From Octopus vulgaris (taxonomy: Eukaryota): a stretch of 64,000 nt of DNA. Made by a program: the position numbers and the translations under genes. Every line of letters starts with the position of its first letter. Within the stretch, counting starts at the first letter, position 1. The DNA is taken from contig CATOCA020000009.1 in assembly GCA_951406725.2 (NCBI GenBank), positions 61,001-125,000 on the forward strand, written 5' to 3'. Below, one piece after another: positions 1 through 12,515 of the stretch. The notes under the pieces were generated by a model that saw nothing but the letters and a program-made list of their open reading frames with translations, ran no database searches and was not told the origin of the DNA.

Positions 1-117
1 ATAATCGCTGCTGCTGGTCAGCTCCATGAAGCCACCGCCATCAAGATAGCTATTGATACACGATCTGTATCCATTATAACCTTCGAACAAAGGAGGTCAG
101 CCGCTTCACACTGCCAG

Positions 118-175
118 TCCGACAGCTACAGACGCGTTTCGGGGTATTGCCCCTTGTCAATGTAGCGCAGTCAGA
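118..175 (-). ncRNA. Inverted copy of the same hammerhead
   Basis: Reverse complement of 495-552. Confidence 0.82.
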
Positions 176-494
176 CCCGCAGGTGTCGCCACTGACGTCT
201 CTGTTCGAAGGTTTCTATTTACCTAGTTATAATGGATACAGATCGTGTATCAATAGCTATCTTGATGGCGGTGGCCTCATGGAGCTGACCAGCGGCAGCG
301 ATTATTCTTATATCTATAAGAATGCCATATTAATATGGCGATAACAATTAATTTCCAGTAAACGCTGTCGTAATCTCTTTTATAGAGACTTAGTAATTTT
401 AATATTTCTATTATTGAAAACAAGTGGATGCATTCCACTGAAACTAGGTAAATAGAAACCTTCGAACAGAGACGTCAGTGGCGACACCTGCGGG

Positions 495-552
495 TCTGAC
501 TGCGCTACATTGACAAGGGGCAATACCCCGAAACGCGTCTGTAGCTGTCGGA
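495..552 (+). ncRNA. Minimal type I hammerhead ribozyme (U3-A8 core variant)
   Basis: gctaca-TTGACAA-gggg caata cccc-GAAA-cgcg-TC-tgtagc; palindromic stem III ACGCGT. Confidence 0.85.
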
Positions 553-721
553 CTGGCAGTGTGAAGCGGCTGACCTCCCTTGTTCGAAGGTTATAATGGA
601 TACAGATCGTGTATCAATAGCTATCTTGATGGCGGTGGCCTCATGGAGCTGACCAGCGGCAGCGATTATTCTTATATCTATAAGAATGCCATATTAATAT
701 GGCGATAACAATTAATTTATA

Positions 722-800
<79 letters not shown>

Positions 801-819
801 ATATATATATATATTTATG

Positions 820-854
<35 letters not shown>

Positions 855-887
855 TGATCAAAATAAAAACATGATGCGAAGGATTCA

Positions 888-965
888 GCGGTACATATGT
901 TTCGGGCCTTTATTAGACAGATTTATAACAATGCATAATGTATGTCTGTGGCCTTCTTCAGCCGC
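888..965 (-). ncRNA. Type I hammerhead in 3' pLTR of the PLE (sense to the ORF)
   Basis: gcgg-CTGAAGA-aggcc…ggccc-GAAA-catatg-TA-ccgc; palindromic stem III ACATATGT. Confidence 0.72.
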
Positions 966-2966
966 GCACAACAGCTTCCACAAGGACATGTGTTACATCA
1001 AAAATTCTTGGTTGGGGATGCAAATCCTCTCATTCGCGTACGACATAATGCGGCAGCAGCATAGAATTGAAGCGTCCATCTCTTTCTTCTCTCAATGTAG
1101 AATGAGGAAATTTGGATGTTGAAGTAATGTAAATAAATAAATACATATATAGACGTGAAGATGGAGGGGCGAGAATTCAGGACGAGGGATAAAAAATGTA
1201 TAAAAAGTGTAAGTATAGAAAAATATAAAAATGTAGAGCATAAAGATATAAAGATATATAAGGAGATGTAAAGGGGGTATAAAGAATATAAAGAAATATA
1301 AAGAAATATAAATAAATGTAAAGGCATAAGGTTATAAAGTAAAAATAGAAATATAAATGAAAGTAAAAAGTAAAAAAATAAAGATAGGAATAAACATGAT
1401 AAAAATGTAAAAAAATATAAAAAAATATAAAGATAAGGGATGTATAGAGGTTACGGACCAAACATGGTGGTCAGGAGATTGATAAAATTTAGTTGTAGAA
1501 GTTTTGGGTGTCAATAAATCAACAGTTTCGTCTGGGGACCTAATGTGTTGTAAATCAGAGCTGTTGAGCGTTTAATCTGGTTCTTTGAATTAATTGGTCA
1601 TCTAGTACATACATACCATCATGGATACATACACCCATATACACGCGTACATATACGCCTCCAAGCCTATAAGCATACACACGCACTCGCGTGTAAACAT
1701 GTACATAAACACACACACACCCACACGCACGCGCGTACATATACATACATACAACAGAATATCCGCATGTATACACGGACACTATACGTGTACACACCCA
1801 TATGTACATACGTGCGCCCATCCCTACATACACATACGCATATGCCCACGCTTCCAGGTTTAGATATAAGATATTAAAGGATGTATATAAGAACGTATGT
1901 AAAGAATCACGCACTCACGTCTACACGTGCACGCACACACGGCTGTGTGTCCATATGTGCGTGCACATATACACTTACATACACACACAGAGACATACGC
2001 GCATATGGGTATAGCTATAAGATATTAAAAGATGTATACAAATAGGTGTAAACATATGAATATAAGAAAACATGTAAAAAAAGAAATACGGGGTATGTAC
2101 ATCCAGACGTAGATGTTTACTCGTACATATGTACATATATGTATACGTATACATACGTACACGGACGCTCGTATAATCATAAAGTGGATCCATAGGTAAG
2201 TAAATAAGGGATAAGCAAAAAAAATAGACATATATAGAGATGTAAAGCGATAAGTTAGGGGTAAGAATGAGGGTAAGGGTAAAAATTAGAAATAAAAGTA
2301 AGAAATACAGTATAAAATAAGAAATACAATGTAATAGTTAGAAATGAAATATAAAAATTATAAAAATTATAAGAGTTAAGGTAAGGGATGAAAATAAAAA
2401 TGAGAATAAATGGAAGTAGAATAAAAGTAAAAATAAAAGTAAAAATAAAAATAAAATAAAATAAGATAAAAATATAATTTGGTAAAGTTTAACATGAGAT
2501 GAAGGTGGTTGAAAGTTAGAGGTGTGTGTTAAAGGTGCCCACGTAGGGGCGGGCGGGGGAACTGAAAATTGGAAGGGTGGGAAGTGGAGTTTGGCGGTGT
2601 GCGTTCAACATCCGAGTTAGAAGTGTGAAAGGGTATAGATATAGGGAAATAAAGAGACTATATAGGAAGGATATGGGTGTAGGAGAAGAAATATGTAGGG
2701 AAAAGAAGTCATATATGGGAGACAAAATTTGTATATATAGGAGGAAAATGCAGGGAAACATATATGCACATACACACACCCACACACACACACACACACG
2801 CACACATATATATATATATATATACATATACGTACACATATGTGCACATACATATATATACGCACACATATACGCATATACACGCACATATAGGAAAGCG
2901 GGATGTGCTGGAGCCAACAGGTTGCACCGGGTGGGAGGAAATTGCATGGGGGAGTTGGTATAAAAC

Positions 2967-5337
2967 CTAAGCTTTGTAGTATTTGAAAGTATTAATAAGT
3001 TTGTGTATACAGGATGGTTTGAACTCTGACCTTTTGTTAATAAGATTGTGTTTGTCTTTGAATTTCAAGATGTTCAGGAGTTCTACACAACATAGTTGGC
3101 ATCCTGCTCTATTATTTAAATAAGGTGCAGCTGATCCGATGATGGACCACCTGAGTTTGAAGCCTATGCATTTGTCTTTTAATTCCCAAATTCTTTTAGA
3201 AAGGGAGGTGCTGTTAGCCTTATGTCTGTGTTTCAGCGAGGACCGGTGGTTGTAGTATCTGGATTTCCAGGAGGTTGAGCAACCTATGTAGGTGAGTGTG
3301 TTAAACTGGGTACTCACCTCACATAAATATATTACGTTTTTCGCCCTACATGCGCCCTGCAGCGGGCACTCTGATGCACATCTGCAGTTGCATTGCATTG
3401 CATTATTCGGTCGTGTGCTGCTAATCCCAGGCGGAGGTGTTGCAATACGAGTGGGGGCGTTGATATCCTCCTGGTTGTTGATGGGTGTAGTATTTCCTCT
3501 GTTGTGTTGGCGGGTGTTATTACTAACTGTTTGGGTAGTATGGCTGCCAGTCTGGTTATATTGTCTACTATCTAGATGAGGGGGGTTCTGTTGGTCGCTA
3601 TAGTTTGCTCTTGATCTAGCTGTTCTAATATTAATATAGTTATGTTTAGCTATGAGGCAGCTCATGTTGGGCAGGGTAGAGTAGGAAATCCTAATGGTTT
3701 TGTTGGAGAAGATACTTCTATACTTGTGGGTGGGTGGGAAGTTGTTGGAAATGATAGAGAATATTCTCTTACATAACTTACCCCTAACTGCTAAGTTGTA
3801 AGGTATGTTGAACCATATATATTTGCGTAATCTACTATTATCCCTTCTATTTCTCCTAATAGGATCTATATTGCTCTCGTCGGGAGGGTTACTATTGTGT
3901 GCTATTCTATTAGTTCGCCTATTTCCTATACGTTGTTTGGAGTTTAAATTAGAATTATCGCTAGTGTGAGTTGAGTGCTGAGTTCGATTATAATTGGGAG
4001 TTTTATGGCCGACGGACGCTCCCGGGTGGTCTACATATGATATTCTCTGGTTATACCCGGCACTATAGAGAGCCTGGTTGTAGTGTTGTGCGTGATTATT
4101 GAAAATTTCTCTATTAGAGGATAGTTTTGTAAGTCTGTCTGAGATGGCTTGGACCGTGGTGCTAATTATACAGGGTGGATGGTTGGAAGAGGTATGGATG
4201 TATTTGGTAGTTTCTTCGGGTTTCCTATACGGGTGGTGAAGGTGCTTATTCAAGTCTAACGTAACATCTAAGAAGTTTACTATTTTAGTATTGGTCATAA
4301 ATTCTAGTTTAAGATTGAAGGATTTGAAAAAAAGCCTGATCTTTTTCCTAATTCTTTCTAGTTTACTCCTATTGTTGGTGGGGTATATGAAGAGAGCGTC
4401 GTCTCTGTATAGACCCCCTGAAGATCCGGTACCTCGGAGAAAAGCTTCTTGAGCAGGTAGGCCCCGACCAAGTCAGTCACCTGAGCTGAATCGCTCGAGC
4501 CCATAGCCACATCAAAATTGTCGGGGGTATCGGATCTGGTCCAGAGTCTACCGTCGAATTCTATTATGGTTTTTCTAGCTAATAGTATTATGTCAATTTT
4601 TTCTCTGTCTATGAGTGAAAGGTTGCGGGCAAATATAAGGGATTTGTTAAGTAAGATGGGGGATATACTGGCGTAGTAGCTAGCTATGTCGAATTGGATG
4701 AATGAATAGTCGGGCCTTTTGGTGATAGTGTTAAACCATTCTAGCACATCGTCGGTGTTAATCCATAGTTGGAGTGGGATGTGGGGTTTGATGTGTGGGA
4801 TCACCTTGTCCAGGATAGTCTTGCTAAGTCTGCCGATATCCGATTTAGTCGGACAGATTAATCGTACTCCTACATTATCCGGGAAGTCTTTCTTATGGTC
4901 TTTAATAGTAATTTTGGGTACTTGTGGTTTAATAGGTTCTGTTCTGTCCAGGAGGTCTAATTTGCTCATAACTTCCTTGATTTTGTAGTTAATTTCCTTA
5001 AGGTTATCCGTAGAAGTAGTTTTATATTTTTTGCCAAGTTCCCTCATGATGAGCGATTTGTAGGTTTGGTAGTCTAGCCTATACCAGTTCCCAGTCTTGT
5101 CGGCGGGTATGATAAGACTATCATCGTTCCTAAGTGAATGCAGGAAATCTTTAAGGCTCCTTAAGTGGGTGTTGGAAATGGTCTTATGTTTACTAATGTT
5201 GATGTTGGTAATGAGGTCGATTAAGTCTTTTTCAAAATTTTCCAGTGCGTAGTTAGAGGGTGGGTTTCTTCTGCTTTTAAATATCTTCCTGTGTGCTATT
5301 TCTTCTTGGTTAGAGTTGGGGTTGTTTTTCCCCGGGT
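2967..5337 (-). CDS. PLE RT/GIY-YIG polyprotein with a single frameshift at G5 run 4414-4418
   Basis: Adding one G restores QGGLYRDDAL and joins ORFs 4358-5449 and 2967-4298. Confidence 0.88.
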
Positions 5338-5354
5338 TGTGGAAGCTGTTGTGC

Positions 5355-5432
5355 GCGGCTGAAGAAGGCCACAGACATACATTATGCATTGTTATAAATC
5401 TGTCTAATAAAGGCCCGAAACATATGTACCGC
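5355..5432 (+). ncRNA. Same hammerhead in the inverted 5' pLTR segment
   Basis: Reverse complement of 888-965. Confidence 0.72.
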
Positions 5433-5534
5433 TGAATCCTTCGCACCATGTTTTTATTTTGATCAATTTACTCCACCACCTACATCACCAAATGGTATAC
5501 ACAGGTGCTTATAATTATCAAGTACTCACCCCGA

Positions 5535-5575
<41 letters not shown>

Positions 5576-5789
5576 AGTATATATTTATGTACATATATAT
5601 ATATATATACATATATATGTATATATATATATATATAAATATAAGAGAGTGGTCACTATGTTGCTCACTCTGGCACTAGAAATAGATCCAATAGGTTTCA
5701 GCCAAAAAATAAATGTTTCCAATGAAAGTCAGCACGACTGTTAGCTCAAACGAACAGGGCAAATAAAAATAACAAAAATAGAGATTAAT

Positions 5790-5865
5790 TTGGGACAATT
5801 GTTTCGCTATTAATGAATTAAATGTAATTTTACTCACAGTAATCCACTTGTAGCTCATCAGCCAA
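5790..5865 (-). ncRNA. Type I hammerhead ribozyme (inverted arm, CTGATGA core)
   Basis: ttgg-CTGATGA-gcta…tagc-GAAA-caattg-TC-ccaa on minus strand. Confidence 0.88.
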
Positions 5866-5967
5866 AACCATCTAAAATACAATTTACTCAATCGCACGCC
5901 AGATTTTACCATAACGATAAGTACACATGCGGTTCAGTCGATTGAGTAAATTGTATTTTAGATGGTT

Positions 5968-6043
5968 TTGGCTGAAGAGCTACAAGTGATTTACTGTGAG
6001 TAAAATTACATTTAATTCATTAATAGCGAAACAATTGTCCCAA
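5968..6043 (+). ncRNA. Type I hammerhead ribozyme
   Basis: ttgg-CTGAAGA-gcta…tagc-GAAA-caattg-TC-ccaa; full core. Confidence 0.88.
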
Positions 6044-7079
6044 GATAATCTGTATTTTTGTTATTTTTATTTGCCCTGTTCGTTTGAGCTAACAATTCAT
6101 TGGAAACATTTATTTTGTGGCTGAAACCTATCGGATCTATTTCTAGTGCCAGAATGACCACTCTCTTATATTTATGTATAAAATTTTATCATAATCCAGG
6201 TTTTTTGTGCACTGGGCCACTTGGTGTTAAATGGATGTACTATTAAATTAGTATCCAATTTTCTCACCCTTATTAATTGTATGTATATATATATATATAT
6301 AAATATATTTATGTATATATACATACATATATACATACAGTTTACCGCATCCGTAGGCTAACAAAACAAAACAAAAAGACCTGTGTAGCATAGGCTTTAA
6401 TTATTATTTGTATATACATTTAAATAATTGTTATTTCAACTCAAGTTGCTTATCGAACCAACCAACCAACCAACGTCGTAGGGTGAGGCATGACTCTGTG
6501 TGTGTGTGTGTGTGTGTGTGTATTAGTGTCTCTCCCCTACTACCGCTTGACAACCTGGTGTCGGGGTATTTACCAATTTCGTGGATCGGCGAAAGATACC
6601 GATAAAATAAGTACGAGGCTAAGCAAAAATAAAATAAAAAATAAGAAGTACTGGGGTGGATTCGGTCGACTAAAATTTCTTCCAAGGCAGTGCCCCAACA
6701 TGGCCACAGTGTAATGAGTGAAGTAAGTAAAAAATAGTACGAATTAAGATTTGGAAGTTAAGGGAGGTAACTCTAAGTAATTTGCCTTATAAAAGCGAGG
6801 AAGAAGTGCGATGCGATAGAGTGATATATAATGAAGAGGCAAGGGGAGTAAGGAAGAAAGAGAAGATGGAGTGAGAGTGGGAGGTAGAGAGGAAATACGA
6901 AAGCTAGAATGATTCTGTAATATACAACAAGGTTAGAGAGAGGGGGAGAGGCGAGAGGGGCTGAGAGTGGGATAGAAAGAGAGGGAGAGAGAGAGAGAGG
7001 GAGAAAGAGAGAGATAGAGACAGCATGAGAGAGATGAGAGAGAGAGAGAGATTAATACGATGGAATGAATGTGTATACA

Positions 7080-7445
7080 GGTGTGGCTGTGAGATAAAAG
7101 AAGTGTGTTTTCCAACCACATGGTTCCGGGTTCAATCCGACTGCACGGTAATATTGTAAAGTTTCCTTTACTATACGGTTGGACCGACCAAAGCCTTGTG
7201 AACGGATTTGGTAGATGGAAACTGAAAGAAGCCCGAAGTATGTATAAGTATAAATCTATGTGTGTATTTGTAGCTGTGTTTTTCCCCCATCACCGCCTAA
7301 CAACCGGTGTTGATGTATTTACGTCTCCGTTTGTTAGCGGTGCGGCAAAAAGAGATCGATTGGTTTATAAAATGTTGTCCTTGGATGGTTTTGTTCTATT
7401 AAAACCCTTCAGCATGGCCGCAGTCAGACAACTGAAATCAGTAAA
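7080..7445 (+). mobile_element. tRNA-derived SINE family A, diverged
   Basis: gtggctgtg…ccacatggttccgggttcaatcc (A/B boxes), ggatttggtagatggaaactgaaagaagccc core shared with other copies. Confidence 0.75.
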
Positions 7446-8199
7446 AGAATACCAGGCTATACAGATGTGTGTGTGTGCCTCTGTCTGTCTGTATGTCTAT
7501 CTCTGTCTGTGTGTATGTGTGTGTGCGTGTGCATATGTACGTATGTAAATAATGTGTTGGTAGCAATTTTTCATAGACGTTTCTTAAAATGTCTTTCACT
7601 TTTCTATTTAAAAATATATCACGGTGCTTCGTTTCTATCTCTAGCATAGTCCCAGACCATATAATGGACAATACTTGATAAATGCTTCGTAAACTGTCCT
7701 TCAATTTTTTATATGAAAAACTACAGAGACATGAAGGCTATTGGTTGCTGCTTCTAGCTTTGTCATACCACCATTATGTCTATTTCTTTTCTAAATATGC
7801 CGTAAGTATTCTTCGCTTTGGAAAATGTAAATCCAAGTAAATTAGATGGTTCCTGTATTCTGTTTCGATATTCAAGAAAGGCAATAAATATAAAAAACAG
7901 GAATTTTTCTTACAGTGTCCTTCAATCTGGTATGAAATACAAGACGAGTTTGTGAACGACTCACTGTTATTTTTAGCATCATGTGAACTCAGGTACAAGA
8001 CAACTATTCTTGTAGATGTTTCTTAACCTGTCCCTGTCTACCAAGATTATTTAATAATTTAGATTAATAACTCCATAACAATTATATAATTAATAAATAG
8101 ATGCAGATTGATCTTTGTGGTTCAGATGTTTGACAGCTCCGGATTTCCCAATGCCCTGAAATGGAAATGATAGAAGGAAACTATGTGGAAGATCGTCGC

Positions 8200-8299
8200 A
8201 TATGTGTGAGTGTGTGTGTGAGATTGAGTGTGTGTGTGTATGAGTGTGTGTGTGAGAGTGAGTGTCTGTGTGTATGTGTGAGAGTGAGTGTGTGTGTAT

Positions 8300-8336
<37 letters not shown>

Positions 8337-8445
8337 TGAAAGTGTGTGCTTGTGTGTGAGTGAGTGTGTGTGTGTGAGTGTGTGTGTGTGTGAGAGTGTG
8401 TGTGTGTGTGTGTGTGTATGAGTGAAAGTGTGTGCTTGTGTGTGA

Positions 8446-8544
<99 letters not shown>

Positions 8545-8600
8545 AGTGAGTGTGTGTGTATGTGTGAGTGAAAGTGTGTGAGTGTGTGTGTACGTTTGTT
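8200..8600. repeat. (GT)n/(GAGT) compound microsatellite
   Basis: Direct reading. Confidence 0.95.
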
Positions 8601-9059
8601 TGCGTTTGTATTTGTATTTGTACGTGTGTGACTTTGTACCGTTTCCTTCATTGCCACATGAGCATTGCGCTTGTTTTGCTTCCGTCCCAGGACCTAGCAG
8701 TTTGACAATAGACACCGAACCAATAAGTACAACGCTTACAAAATAAATTAAGTGTTACGCTACATACATTCAAGCAAAACTGTTCAAGGGTTGCCCCAGC
8801 ATGGTCGCAGAACACTCATTGGAACAAATAAAGTTGAAAAATAATGAACGAAATAATAAATTTATAAACAGGCGTGGCTGTGTGGTAAGGAGCTTCAGTC
8901 TCAAGCACATGGTTCTAGGTTCAATCCAACTGCATCACAACTAGAGCAACTATTTTCTATTATAACCTTAGGCCGACTAAAGTCTGGTAAGTGGATTTGG
9001 TAGATAGAAACTGAAAGAAGCCCATCAGGGGACATGTATATATCCCCTCATGACTATAT

Positions 9060-10170
9060 TTCATTGTTGTTTCAGTTTTGTTCCCTTTTTGAATCTCATT
9101 CATGTACTGCTTTGCAGTAGTAGACAGAGCATATAGATAGGTGTTAATCTGCCAGAATGAGGGTTCATTACACTGCTGTAAATATACATCCCCAATTTCG
9201 TTAAAAGCTTTTAGTATTATATCTGGTGGGTTTTTTTTTACTTTGGTGGAGAATACTCTCTTCTCGAGAGAGCACTTCAAAGCGGGAGTTGTTTTTTTCG
9301 GGTTTTGTTTCACTTTTTTGTAGCAGTTAAATAGATCAGTATTCAATCCATAACTTCAAGTGTAATGATTTTGTAATTACAGTTTCTTCTATAACTACAG
9401 TTAGAAAGAGCTGAACAGGGATGAAGATAATGGCTAGCTTGCAAAAAGTTGATTAGCACCACCAAAAAGGGTGAATAGTAACATAACCTAGTTCTTCTGA
9501 ACTATACCTACCCCTTGTTCAGTGAGGTCAACATCAACCTCTAGCTATTTTTAGAACAGAATCTAAGACATACGTGCTACAATTCAGTTGGAATGAACTC
9601 TCCATCCGTTAGGATGGAAAATATAACAGTCAATGTTTGCCCTGATAGCAGTAAGCTTTGTCCCTGATGAAGGCTTTTGCTTTTCTCAAATTCATAAAGC
9701 AATTTAATTGCATAAATATGCATTTAAGTAATAAACCAAAAGGCGCGTACGCAACATGAATTGACTTTTATAATAAATATATTGATTATTCTATCTATGC
9801 TTTTCTATTTTCTTCTTTTTATATTTTACATTTTTATATTTTTATATTTATATGTATATGGAAAAATAATTTTTTCATAATTTTTTCTAATTATAACTTA
9901 AATTATCTGAAGAGGCTTGTTAATGCCTCATTTATACCTGCCTTTATGGCTTATAGGTTAAATATATGCCGAAACAGCTGTCAGATATGATATAATTACA
10001 TATTATATTTTATATTTATATTTCTATTTCCTTGTCTATTTATATTTACTATATATGTTGTATAATGCCTTTACTGATATGTAATGGTGTAATAAAGTAT
10101 TGATTGGGTATCATCTGATGGTTGATGTTTTATTGATTTAAGTATGTTTCTCCATTTTCTAATTTTGTAG
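9060..10170. mobile_element. Degenerate PLE remnant with HHR-like motif at 9903-9987
   Basis: Minus-strand FSTKVKKNPP..LKAF resembles the PLE N-terminus; plus-strand CTGAAGA-ggc…gcc-GAAA-cagctg-TC. Confidence 0.5.
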
Positions 10171-10172
10171 TA

Positions 10173-10234
<62 letters not shown>

Positions 10235-10734
10235 TTGCTTCTCTTTTGTTACCAATGCATTTAAATCCTAAGAGCGAATCATTTTCAAACTTTGCATGAA
10301 AGGTCCTCGGATTCAGTTATAAGTTCTCCTCAAATTTGGACCTATTTTTGTTTAAGGCACGGAAAATAATCCTGATTTAACGAAAATTTGTCGGACGTCA
10401 GCGATAGGTAGCCCATTAAGTTGGAATTTCTTCGTTTTGACGGATTTTTCAGGGTCCTTTTTATTCACGGTGCCCTTGGAAATAATGTGGAGAATCTTTT
10501 TAACAAGAAACAAAATTAAATGTCTCCCCCTCCACTCCCAATCTTCTCCCTCCGAGCTTATTTTAGTCGATTTTGTGGGCACTATGCACAATGAGTTTTG
10601 GAGGTATTACGCATTTGAAAACTATAGGAAAAGCCTTTTCGGTAATATATATATATATATATATATGTGTATGTATGTATGTATGTATATGTATATATAT
10701 ATAGATATACATATTCATATATATATATATATTC

Positions 10735-10766
<32 letters not shown>

Positions 10767-10780
10767 GTATATATATATAT

Positions 10781-10839
<59 letters not shown>

Positions 10840-11799
10840 GATTGAGCGGATGTGAGCGTTAATTGACTTAATGTGAAGCAGTGCCCCGATTCGGCGGCGC
10901 TTCGGCGGCGCCCTATTTGGCGATTCGCTCGAGTCGTTCGCTCTGACATCCCGAGCATCCGGTATCGGATGCATATCACCAGGCAACACATACACGCACT
11001 TGCCTTTATTCCAAGCGATATACTTCTAAATGCGGCTGCGATGAAGCTCGTTCAGCGTCTGTTAGTCAAAACTTCCGTCGTCAGCGGCTCGTTCACTCTG
11101 ACATAACTTCGACTCAGCGGCGGAATACTCAAAAAGACACAAGAACACACAAACTAGTACTCGATCTGGCGTCTGTGGTGAAGACGCAAATCCTTAGCAT
11201 TGTACACAATGAGGTCGCGAGACAGAGCATAGGCGGCTATTGCAGCAACAGAAATCACTTAACGTATAACACGATCAAACACTTGGGATCGATCGATTTT
11301 CTTAGAGGCTGCGGTGTATGTTCGATTTGGCGGCACAATGCGTAGCACGTAAAATGTATCGGATTTACTACGGCCATTTATCGAAACATCGATCGACTCG
11401 TTCACTCTTATGCCTCGAGACATTGTACAGGGTCGATGCGGCAGCAGTAGGTTTCCCTTGGTGCATAACAGATGGACATACGCACTCACATTGGACCAAG
11501 CGCATATTCTCGAAATGACTACGGCGAAGCTTCGATTGGGAGGCACAATACACAGCATTAAAAATGTAACACTTCTCAGATATCCTGCCCGGTCGTGACA
11601 TCCAACAGTTCCGATTGGATCAAACCTCCTGTACCACCTGAGATTCCCACCTATTTGCCTGGACATAGTGGACATACTGAATGTATGCGGTCTCTCCCGG
11701 CCGGATCAGCAGAAGATTGAATTTAGTAACGATTTCCTCGTTCGTCTCGGCGAGGTTTGTGGCCCTCGCTATGGCTCGTACGAGAGCATCATAACTTAA

Positions 11800-12515
11800 C
11801 AGAAAAAGCAAACTTAAAAGTGCGCATTTCCACTTGCAGTTCTCTGCTCAGGAGAAAGAAATGGTCCATTTGTGAAAAGAATGTTGACGTGTGATGAGAA
11901 ATGGGTTATTTTTAATACCATAAAAGAAAAACGTCCTGGGAAAAACGAGATGAACCACCTTCAATTTTTCCAAAACCTAGTCTGTATCCGAAGAAGGTGA
12001 TGCTCTGTATCTGGTGAGATTGGAAGGGTATTTTATATTACGAGCTACGTTCACAAAATCAGACGTTACTTTCAGACTACTATTGTTCCAGATTAGACTG
12101 ATAAAAGGAGGCAATTGATGAAAAACGTCCGGAATTGTCCAACCGAAAAGGTATCGTCTTACATCCGGACAACGCTAGACCGCACGTTTCTTTGCAGACC
12201 AGGCAGAAACTGACACAGCTTGGATGGAATGTCCAACCCTACCCACCATACTCACCTGAGCTTGCAATTTCTGATTATCATTTATTCTGATCCTTGCTGG
12301 GAAGAAGTTCAGTTCTATAAAATCTTACATCGATTCAACAGCCAGAAGGATACCAAGTTCTGGGAGGAAGGGATCATGAAGCTGCCTCAGAGATGGAGAA
12401 ATGTAGTGGAGTAAAATAGAAAATATGTAGTTGAGTAAAGGTATGTACAGCTACCTGATTATTGTAAATGAATTTTACTTAAAAACGCTACGCACTATTT
12501 TTACTAACCCAGTAT
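11800..12515 (+). mobile_element. Mariner (DD34D-type) transposase relic, 3' part
   Basis: TCDEKW, W.DWKGILYYE, LH.DNARPH, HPPYSP motifs with stops and frameshifts; ends …taacccagTA. Confidence 0.85.

Larger units (their letters stand above)
1..719. mobile_element. Non-coding HHR element (pLTR/retrozyme-like): 364-bp tandem unit plus inverted copy
   Basis: 226-355 repeats at 590-719; 1-228 is the reverse complement of ~442-668; abuts (TA)n. Confidence 0.85.
854..5540 (-). mobile_element. Penelope-like retroelement (Naiad-like), 5'-truncated with inverted pLTR segment, nearly intact ORF
   Basis: RT (QFDIASYY, MGSSDS, LYRDD) plus GIY-YIG endonuclease (CNCR..CPL..C, VIY…YIG, CQLC); 854-983 is an inverted repeat of 5338-5467; flanked by (TA)n. 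Confidence 0.92.
5633..6280. mobile_element. Palindromic HHR element (two inverted pLTR-like arms) in (TA)n
   Basis: 5633-5893 is an inverted repeat of ~5938-6179 with a ~45-bp spacer. Confidence 0.82.

Noticed and set aside
2967-3400. Selenocysteine recoding, reported for some Naiad PLEs
   Set aside because: Conserved Cys positions are normal Cys codons; no in-frame TGA
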